From NCBI GenBank assembly GCA_964016885.1, contig OZ024760.1, positions 16,058,001-16,122,000 of the forward strand: a stretch of 64,000 nt of DNA, read 5' to 3'. How positions within the stretch are numbered: position 1 is the first letter of the stretch; every line of letters begins with the position of its first letter. The notes under the pieces are model-generated. The model was not told the DNA's origin. It did no database searches and saw only the letters and a program-made list of their open reading frames with translations. Shown here one piece after another: positions 53,826 through 64,000 of this stretch. The translations under genes were made by a program, and so were the position numbers. Source of the stretch: Eledone cirrhosa. Taxonomy: Eukaryota.

Positions 53826-54148
53826 AAGAGGATTATAGCTGAAAGTGCCAGAATATTTCAGTTGGCCATGTTTTTACCTTCACAACAGATTAAACAATTT
53901 ATTGACCTATATTGGAGGAGGAGGGGGGGGATTATCACAGTGTCTTAGATTATATAGTAATATATACATATATATATATATATACATATATATATACAGA
54001 GAGAGATGTGTGTGTATAAATATGAGACTATATAGTAATATATATATATATATATATATTATAGGATAGCCCCAAAAATGTATACACATTTGAATTATCT
54101 GCTGTTGAAGTGAGTATACATTTTTGGGGGACACCCTGTGTGTATATA

Positions 54149-55029
54149 CAGGGTGTGGACGATATTTGTTTGCAATTTTCAACTGCTAATTTTATGCAAA
54201 TTTTTTTTACTTCCATTGTCACTCTTGTCTTCATAAAAACAGTGACTATATTTCCATTATTTATTTTCAGAATAATTGATTATGAATAATTTTGAACCTC
54301 CAAATTTGTGGAAGAGACACGGAGTTCTTCTTGGAATCTGCGCCGGGAGGACAAATAAGGACCAGAAGATCAACTCCCAGAACAACAGGTGGCTCGCTGT
54401 CTCATCCAAAGACATGCCCAGAGTCATGCAGACAAAGTTTCCAGTGACAACATTGGTCTTAGGTGTCGTCAGCAGTCAAGGTGACGTCATGCCATCTCAC
54501 TTCTTCCCTGAGGGCCTCAAGCTGAACACCAATGGCTACATCCGCGTTCTGAGCGAGGTAGTAAAGCCCTGGATCAACCAGGTAGCTGCAGGTAGGCCAT
54601 ACGTGTGGCAGCAAGACTCAGCGCCCTGCCATACCAGCCGAAAGACCCAAGCCTGGCTGTCAGAAAACTTCATCGACCACACTTCACCTGACATCTGGTC
54701 TCCCAGCTCGCCTGACTGCAACCCCCTCGACTTCTTTGAGTGGGGCGCAGTGGAACGAGACACCAACAGATCTAGCTGCAATACGAAAGACGATCTGAAG
54801 GCCAGGATCACAAGTGCCTTTAGGGGCCTAAGTCGGGGGACATTGATGAAGGCCTGTAGTTGGTTCCGAGGCCGCCTTGAGGCCGTCATCAAAGCCAATG
54901 GCGGGTTTATCGAGTGAGATCGAAAGAACAAGTCATGAAGACCAACTGACCCAAGTTTGATAAATATATCTTAAAAAATAAAACTACTGTGTTATTTTTT
55001 CCTAGACAGTAATTTTGTGAACAAATATC
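54149..55029 (+). mobile_element. Tc1/mariner DD37D (maT-type) transposon, internally deleted
   Basis: ORF ending 54917 with WQQDSAPCH...SPDCNPLD, 37 residues between the two Asp; TA-CAGGGTG left end; partial right TIR. Confidence 0.9.
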
Positions 55030-55050
55030 TATATATATATATATATATAT

Positions 55051-55103
<53 letters not shown>

Positions 55104-55584
55104 GGGAGATAGATATAGATGTGTGTGTGTATATATATATAAATATACACACGTATACACACACACAAGAGAGAGAGAGAGTTAGATTATAAACGTGTGT
55201 ATATGTGTATGTGTGTGTGTATATGTGTGTGTGTGTATGTGTGTATATATGTGTGTGTGTGTGTATATATGTGTGTGTGTATATATGTGTGTGTGTATAT
55301 GTGTGAATGTGTATAATAAGTCAGGTGTTATGATTAAATATTCAGCAGTAAGCATTAATAAGGTAAACTGTCAACAAAAGACTTTATCACAATGAGATAA
55401 CATGTAAAGATATATGTCTACTTACATACACATAGATATATGCATGTATATGTGTATATCTGTGTATGTATATATGTGTGTGTGTATATCATATGTATGT
55501 ATATGTATGAATGTATGTATGTGTGTGTATGTATATGTGTGTATCTATATGTATGTGTGTGTATGTTTGTATATATATGTGAAG

Positions 55585-55915
55585 GCACATGGCTTAGTGG
55601 TTAGAGCATTGGCCTTGCAATTGAAAGGTTGTGAGTTCAATTCTCAGACCGGGTGATGTGTTGTTTCCTTGAGCAAGACACTTTATTTCACATTACTCCA
55701 GTTTACTCAGCTGTAGAAATGAGATGATAGGGACTGGGGTCCCTATCATTCCACTGCAAAGTGGTCGTGGAGGTGCCACGGCATAAAAGCACCCAGCACT
55801 CACTGTAAATGAGGTTGGTGTTAGGAAGGGCATCCAGCTGTAGAAATCAAGCCAGAATCAGTTCCTGTCTCACCCTTGCAAGCAGGGGAAAAGCGGACGT
55901 AAAATGAAATGATAA
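55585..55915 (+). mobile_element. SINE family 2
   Basis: A-box TGGCTTAGTGG, B-box GAGTTCAATTC, central ccttgagcaagacact, RTE-type tail. Confidence 0.85.
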
Positions 55916-56463
55916 TGTATGTGAGTATGTATGCTTGGTGAGGAGGGTGATTTTGGACACCCTACGGGATAAAAAACAAAACCCGTCAAAGGGTGAAGGA
56001 ACTCAGCAGAGTCAACGGCCATCCAATAAAGTTCTTTCTTTTTCTTTTTGTGTGTGGAGCGAGAGAGCCCTAGTCTCCATTAAGACATCTCTAGGATAAG
56101 GTCACTCTGATATAAAACCTGCGACTTCGTTTGCATCCAATGATGGAGACCAGTTCTTCTTTTAGGGCAAATGTATTCAATGTTCAGAGAGTGGGATTGG
56201 CTCTGTGCAAAGCCTTTCCTCACTTAAAAAAGCTTAAATCACAGGCGTTGCTTCATATGTGGCATCTTTTGCGATGCATAGTATTGCTGGCCATAGGCAA
56301 GTCCCTAGCAGTACTAAAAAACCTTAAGTATCAAGCAATGGCATTACTTGAAATTAAGTTGTAGCCATCAAGTATGTATATGTGTATATGCATGTATGTA
56401 TGATTATCTGTATATGAATGTGTGTGTATGTATGTATACGTGTCAGTGTATGTATGATCATGT

Positions 56464-56825
56464 GTTTGGGGCCAGAGTCCTCAAAGACTCCTTTCAGTGG
56501 TGTTCTGTCAGAAACAACCGCCTCCAACTGATCAGGCTGGATCCCCAAATGTGACCAGCCAAGCTCACGGATGTTATCCAACCATCTTGCTCGGGGTCTA
56601 CCCCTGGGTCTCCTGGCGGTTGGTATCGTCCGTAAAATCTGTCCGATTCTTTCCTGAGACATTCTAACCACATGGCCAGAGTATCGGAGCTGTGATCTGT
56701 CAATTTGGAGAAGTAGCAGCTCTACCTGGAGTGAATCTCTGATCTCTAAGCTACGCACATTATTGTGTAATGTTACTTCAAAGACCCTTCGGAGGAACCC
56801 CATTTCGGCTGCTTGTATTCACAAT
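56464..56825 (-). mobile_element. RTE LINE C-terminal fragment
   Basis: MGFLRRV...QLRYSGHVVRM...RRPRGRPRARWLD. Confidence 0.88.
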
Positions 56826-57309
56826 TGTATTCTTGTTAACAATCTCTCAATTGTACTCATTAATTAATTTTAAAAAAACAAATCCCGCCGAGGTTGACTT
56901 TGCCTTTCATCCTTACGGGGGTCGATAAAATAAAGTACCAGTAATGCACTGGGTAATTGCTGGCCTTGTGCCTAAAGTAGAAACAATTAATTAATTTTAA
57001 AAATACTATTCAGATAACAAAACCTGTTGGAATATTCTATTCATTATCACAGCAAATTTAAATAACAACTAAACTCAGTGTCCTTGCTGAATACTTCAGG
57101 TTGTCATTGATTCCAATTTCTATTTTATGTAAAAGTCGTTTCATAATAAATAAAGTAATGCTACAAATAAAACTTTATTTAAATCATCTGTCATAACCAC
57201 ACCACGCTACCCACCTCCACAGGGAAATAACTAAAATAAAAAATTTAGTGCTGTTAAAATCAATTGTGTCTTGAAATTACAGTAGACTTTTCTTCACATT
57301 AAATCATAG

Positions 57310-58340
57310 TATATTAACTATATATGAAATATATTAACAATATAGTGTATATATAGACTATATATGAAATATATTAACTATATATGAAATATATTAACAA
57401 TATAGTGTATATATAGACTATATATGAAATATATTAACTATATATGAAATATATTAACAATATAGTGTATATATAGACTATATATGAAATATATAGACTG
57501 TATAGTTTGCATATCAAATATATTTACTGTACATAAACTATATACACTGTATATGAACTGTATACACTGTATATGGACTATATATACTGTATATAAACTA
57601 TATACACTGTATATGAAGTATATACACTATATGAATTGTATAGACTGTATATGAACTATATAACTATATAGACTGTTTATGAACTATATAGAGTATATAT
57701 AAACTATATAACTATATAGACTGTATATGAACTATATAGACTGTATATGAACTATATAGAGTATATATAAACTATATAACTATATAGACTGTATATGAAC
57801 TATATAGACTGTATATGAACTATATAGAGTATATATGAACTATATAACTATATAGACTGTATATGAACTATATAGAGTATATATGAACTATATAACTATA
57901 TAGACTGTATATGAACTATATAGACTGTATATGAACTATATAGAGTATATATGAACTATATAACTATATAGACTGTATATGAACTATATAGAGTATATAT
58001 GAACTATATAACTATATAGACTGTATATGAACTATATAGACTGTATATGAACTATATAGAGTATATATGAACTATATAACTATATAGACTGTATATGAAC
58101 TATATAGAGTATATATGAACTATATAACTATATAGACTGTATATGAACTATATAGACTGTATATGAACTATATAGAGTATATATGAACTATATAACTATA
58201 TAGACTGTATATGAACTATATAGAGTATATATGAACTATATAACTATATAGACTGTATATGAACTATATAGAGTATATATGAACTATATAACTATATAGA
58301 CTGTATATGAACTATATAGAGTATATATGAACTCTATAGT
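57310..58340. repeat. AT-rich minisatellite (tatatgaactatatagactg variants)
   Basis: Directly visible. Confidence 0.93.
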
Positions 58341-58753
58341 GTAACGACTTGTGACTCCTACATTTATTCACTTTGCTTTTACCTGCTCTGCTTGAACCCT
58401 CCATTAAATGCTAACCCCTCTTTAGTATTTAACACTGCTAACCCAAGCATTGAGCCCACTTCGCTTCAGCTATCGCCATTTAGTGTACTGTATCGCACCT
58501 CTCTATCTCTCTTATGATACACATATCCTCTCAATATATATATATATATATCATCATCGTTTAACGTCTATCTTCCACGCTAGCATGGGTTAGACGGGAA
58601 TTGTCCCATTTGAGGTAAGATTGATCGGGTGACCGTGTCTCGCCCGTATAGGACTATCTAGCAGGATGCCCTTCCTAACACCAACCACATTTACAGTGTG
58701 GACTGGGAGCTATTTACTGTGTTACCTACACGATTACATTACAGCGTGGACTG

Positions 58754-58793
<40 letters not shown>

Positions 58794-58983
58794 TTAGGTT
58801 TGTTGGTTCACCACTGGATAGAACTGGTCATTCCGTATGGTCAACCTCAATGTAATATTAGGGAGAGCACTCGGCGTAATGCAACTCACCCGTCTTCGTT
58901 TGCGTTGTTGGTGGTGCGAGTACGGAGTTAATTATTATAAAATAACAGGAGGCTGGACTGGTGTAATTCCTTAAAGGTTTATT

Positions 58984-59041
58984 ATACTATGAACATTTCA
59001 ATGACTGGGTTCAGTATGAATCCGGTGACATCGTCAGGTAT
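58984..59041 (-). ncRNA. Type I hammerhead ribozyme motif (degenerate helix II)
   Basis: atac-CTGACGA-[imperfect hairpin]-GAAATG-tt-CATA-gtat then AATAAA; element lies between (TA)n tracts. Confidence 0.55.
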
Positions 59042-59147
59042 TCGAAATTTAACAAAGGAATATAATCCACAGGGCTGAAAAGGCAGAGAGACAAGAGGGC
59101 TGCCACACATTTAGCAGTTTCTAGTTCGGTCGACCGCCTCCATTATT

Positions 59148-59206
<59 letters not shown>

Positions 59207-59231
59207 GCATATACATATACATATACATATG

Positions 59232-59283
<52 letters not shown>

Positions 59284-59558
59284 CATATATATATACATAT
59301 ATATATATATACATATATATATACATATATATATACATACATATATATATACATACATATATATATATACATACATATATACATACATATATATATACAT
59401 ATATATATACATATATATATACATATATATATACATATATATATACATATATATATACACATATATATATATACATACATATATATATACATATATATAT
59501 ACATATATATATACATACATATATATATATACATATATATATATACATACATATATAT

Positions 59559-59589
<31 letters not shown>

Positions 59590-59614
59590 CATACATATAT
59601 ATATATACATATAT

Positions 59615-59676
<62 letters not shown>

Positions 59677-59899
59677 TCACATTCGTCTTTTAATTTGCTG
59701 AGAACACGTCAGCTTGACTGAATGTTAACCAAGTCTCACGCAACATGCACCAACCTTAATTATTTAGTCAACTATGAATGCACGGTTACGCCATTATCCA
59801 CAACTGCACATTGATTCTCAAGCACGTACACACTTCACAATTTGTTTCAGTCATCCTCTTATCTATCACAAGTCTAATACCAACTCAACAACTAATTTA

Positions 59900-60600
59900 C
59901 AGATTGGCAGAACCAGTAGAGGGGGGGGGGGTCCAGACGCCATGCTTTGCAACACAGAGTTACGGCCCTTTACGGTCCGAGTTCAAATCCTGCCGAGGTT
60001 AGCTTTGCCTTTCATCCTGATGAGGTCGATAAAATATAAAATAAAGTACCAGTCACGCACTGGGGGGGGGGGGGGGGGGGGGGATTTAATCGACTTTCCC
60101 CTGCCCCAAAAAATTTGCTGGCCTTGTGCCTATATAAGAAACTATTATTATAAGGCGGTGGATTGGCAGTATCGGTAGAGGGTCGGACGCCATGCTTAGC
60201 GGCATAGAGTTATGTCCTTTTATATTCTGAGTTCAGATCCCGTTGAAGTTAGCTTTCCTTTTCACCCTTACGGGGTTGATAAATATAGTACCAGTGATGC
60301 ACTGAGGTTGATTTAATCAACTTTCTCGTCCCTCAAATCGTTGGCATTGTGCCTGAATCAGGAACCATGCCTGTCATCCTTACAGAATGAATAAAATAAA
60401 ATACCAGTAATGCACTGGGGTCGATTTAATTGACTTTGTCCTCCCAAAATTGTTGGCTTTGTGCTTAAATAAAAAATCATTATTTATGGTATTTAGTTAT
60501 GACTGTCTATGTTGTGAGTTCAAATCCCACTGAGGTAAACTTCACCTTTTATCAATCTGGGGGTCGATAAAATAGAGTACCAGTCAATTACTGGTACATT
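59900..60600 (+). mobile_element. Cluster of SINE family 1 copies
   Basis: Repeated gagttcaaatcc...gtcgataaaa...gtaccag cores of varying divergence. Confidence 0.8.
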
Positions 60601-60649
60601 GACATAACTGATTTTCTTCATCAGCCGAAATGCAGGCTTTGTTCCTCAA

Positions 60650-61172
60650 TTAGTTTAGGGAGCTGCTTCCTCTGCTGACGAAGAAGGGTTTCTCCCTGCA
60701 CACGAAAGGCTGGTTATATAATTCCTGTGTGAGGTGCGCGATGCTGCATGGTAGTGAGACATGGGCAGCAACTGCAGAGGATATGCGACGGCTGGAGAGA
60801 AATGAAGCAAACATGTTCTGTTGGATGTGCAATGTCAATGTGCGTGAACGACCAAGCATGGATGTGTTGAGAGAGATACTGTGTTTAAGAGGGATAAGTT
60901 GTAGTGTGCAGGAGAGAAGACTGCTATGGTATGGACATGTGATGCGCATGGAGGATTACCGCTGGGTAAAGAAGTGCCAAGAAATGCCAGTAGAAGGAAG
61001 ATGCAGTAGAGGAAGACCACGAAAAACATGGGTGGAGGTGGTGAGAGCTGACCTCAGATTGCTGAAGCTCACGGAGGAGATGATGAAGGACCGTGACAAG
61101 TGGAGAGAAGCTGTGCTGAATAGGACTCGTCCCACCCTTGCAAGCAGGCAAAAGCGGACGTAAAATGATGAT
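60650..61172 (+). mobile_element. RTE LINE 3' end
   Basis: MLHGSETW...RRLLWYGHVMRM...GRCSRGRPRKTW...DRDKWR; (TGA)n tail. Confidence 0.9.
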
Positions 61173-61412
61173 AACTTTTAACATTCTCTACCACATGAAA
61201 CCTCATTACCAAAGACAAAACAGCACTAAGACTGCATCACATTAAATATTAAAGTCTCTACTTGAACACTGTAAATTTTCACAATGATCTGTCCACTAGT
61301 AAAGATATATATATATAGAGGAAAACATGTTCCTATTACCCACTCTACTACCCTAAGTATTGAGTACTCTGGTGCGTTATGGTCCATCTGGTTCCTTACC
61401 ACACCTCCTTTG

Positions 61413-61455
<43 letters not shown>

Positions 61456-61646
61456 GTATATATATAATGTGTGCATGTTTATAAACATATATTACACACA
61501 CATGTATAGATATATACATGCAAACACGTGTGTATATAGGCACATTATATATACGCACATACATGTAGATAATTGTTATCTACTCCTCTAAAGGTTGATA
61601 TGAGAAAGAAGACAATAGTGAACCAGGCCATCTGAGATTATCAATA

Positions 61647-61683
<37 letters not shown>

Positions 61684-61819
61684 TGTTATGCGTGCGTGTG
61701 TGTGTGTGTGAAAAGTAAACAAAAACAAGAAAGCAAACACTACAGTACAATGAAGATATATATTAGTATAGGTGGTGAATTGTCAGAGTCATTAGAGCGT
61801 CAGATAGAATGCTTTATGG

Positions 61820-62797
61820 CAGTGCTACTAAAGTGGTGGTCCATGGACCGGTGCCGGTATGTCAGCCGCCAGCTACCGGTACGCGGGGCCAGTGCCCTGG
61901 CCATGCGAAGAAATCATTTGAGGAATTTTTTTTTATTACTTTTTTATATGTTTTGATATTGTATTATTTGTTTACAAAATAAATAGAGGATACAAAAATG
62001 GTCAACTATTATTATATTTGTAGCGTAGAGTTACGCCCCTTTATGTTCTGAGTTCAAATCCCGCTGAGGTTAACTTTGCCTTTCATCCTAACGGGGTCGA
62101 TAAAATAAAGTACCAGTAATGTACTGGTAATTGCTGGCCTTGTGCCAAAAGTAGAAACAATTATATTCATTATATATGGAGGCATATGGCTTAGTGGTTA
62201 GAGCATTGGCCTTGCAATCGAAAGGTTGGGAGTTCAATTCTCAGACCGGGTGATGTGTTGTTTCCTTGAGCAAGACACTTTATTTCACATTGCTCCAGTT
62301 TACTCAGCTGTAAAAATGAGATGATAGGGACTGGGGTCCCTATCATTCCACTGCAAAGTGGTCGTGGAGGTGCCACCGCAAAAAAGCACCCAGCACTCAC
62401 TGTAAATGAGGTTGGTGTTAGGAAGGGCATCCAGCTGTAGAAATCAAGCCAGAATCAGTTCCCGTCCCACCCTTGCAAGCAGGGAAACAGCGGACGTAAA
62501 ATGAAATGATGATGATGATATGTGAAGTGTTTCCGTAGGAAAGGTAAAGGAAAAGAGAGTGCTCTATGTAGGCTACAGAGCTTTTTAGTTATATAATAAA
62601 CAACATAAGATGATTGCAGTCCCTATCATCTCATTTCTGCAAGCAGGGAAAAAGTGGACGTAAAATGAAATGATGATGAAATGATGATATATATCGTTTC
62701 GGTATAAATAAATATTACTACGAAATATTAGCGGCACGTGGCACATTGAAAGAAAAAAAATGCCGGTCCGCCAAATCAGATAGTTTGAGAAGCACTG
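61820..62797. mobile_element. hAT (Charlie-like) non-autonomous element with nested insertions
   Basis: Imperfect TIR CAGTGCTACTAAAGT/AGTTTGAGAAGCACTG; 8-bp TSD CTTTATGG at 61812-61819 and 62798-62805. Confidence 0.8.
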
Positions 62798-64000
62798 CTT
62801 TATGGTATTCGTTCCTGCTCTCTGAGTTCAAATCCTGCCGAGGTCAACTTTGCCATTCATCCTTTCGAGGTCGATAAAAAAAGTACCAGTCTAGTACTGG
62901 GTCGATTCTTCTTCTATATCTCTTTCTTACTTCCTTTCTCTCTCACTTTCTCTCTTTCTCTGGAAGGAATCTGCTGTACTGAGGACTCAGGCCTAGAGAG
63001 AGGATGGGCCCTGCCAGGCTTAAGATGCCCCCAAAATGCTGTATGTCAAACACGATGCCCCTACAACTCTATCATGAGTTACGGGATGATACATACATAT
63101 ATAATAGGAAAAGGGTCTTAACGTTTCGGATATTAATCCTTCATCGAGAGAAATAAAAAAAAGGAAAGAGAAAGATAGAGATAAAGAAGAGGAAAAAGCA
63201 AAAAAAAAGATTTTGGGGAGAAAGTCTCTATATACATCCTTATTGTGTGTGTATGTGTGTGTGTGAGTGTATGTGTGTGTGAGAGTGTATGTGTGTATGT
63301 GTGTGTATGTGTGTGTGTGTGTGTGTGTAGAAAGATGGGCAAGATGAGATTGCTCCAACCAGTCTGTTCTTAAACAGGGACAACCAGTCCAACCCATGCC
63401 ATGTGGAAAGTGGACGTAGATTGAAGTATCTGTGTGTTTGTATGTATGTATGTGTATATTTATATACACATACACATACATATATATATATATATACATA
63501 TATATACATATATATATGTATACGCACATATATATATACACACATATATATATACACACATATATATACACATGTATACATATATATACACATATATATA
63601 TACATATATATATGCACATATATACACATATATATACACATATATATTCACATATATATACATACATATATATTCATACATATATATATACATATGGTGG
63701 CTGCCAACTCGTTTTCGAGTACGGCCACTACTTTATATCCATGTAGGAGAACCCCTACCGATGCGCTGAACGAATGTGACTTTTTATTCCAGCCAGCGAC
63801 TTGAAAACTCTGGTACAAACACTACACTTGTGACAATTATTGACACATAGTGCTGGGCCCATGGTACCCTGTGACGACAAGTGCAGAGATCTCCAGATAT
63901 AAAGCAATGCCTGTGCCGTGAAGCTTTTATAGTGAGCAAAGGCACTGCACAAAGCCAGTCCCACTCTCTTAACCAAGATGATATTTACCAAAAAGAAGAA

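Noticed and set aside
55585-55655. tRNA gene (also at 62185-62250)
   Set aside because: A/B boxes are present but no full cloverleaf; it continues into a SINE body.
63110-63155. Minus-strand TCGATGA-aggattaatatcc-GAAACGTTA hammerhead-like motif
   Set aside because: Core deviates from CUGANGA and helix I is unconvincing; possibly a decayed member, not called.

Overview
Eukaryotic, AT-rich, repeat-dense animal DNA; the microsatellite load and SINE/LINE types suggest an octopus or other cephalopod (inference). Most ORF-track entries are microsatellite artefacts. Three protein genes are supported: a single-coding-exon Tctex1-domain dynein light chain (15203-15610, +), a two-exon heparan sulfate 6-O-sulfotransferase-like gene (22461-25776, -), and a multi-exon double-PHD + SAM gene (39179-47884 and further upstream, -). 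The rest is tRNA-derived SINEs, RTE and Tx1/L1-type LINE fragments, a DD37D mariner-like element, hAT, piggyBac-like and Tc1 MITEs, a Helitron-type element, a U6 fragment and minisatellites. The most unusual signal is about 20 short fold-back elements, most next to (TA)n tracts. Many carry type I hammerhead ribozyme motifs (CUGANGA...GAAA-palindrome-UH, often followed by AATAAA), and a Penelope-like GIY-YIG remnant is directly followed by such a motif. All ribozyme folds were read by eye and are untested.
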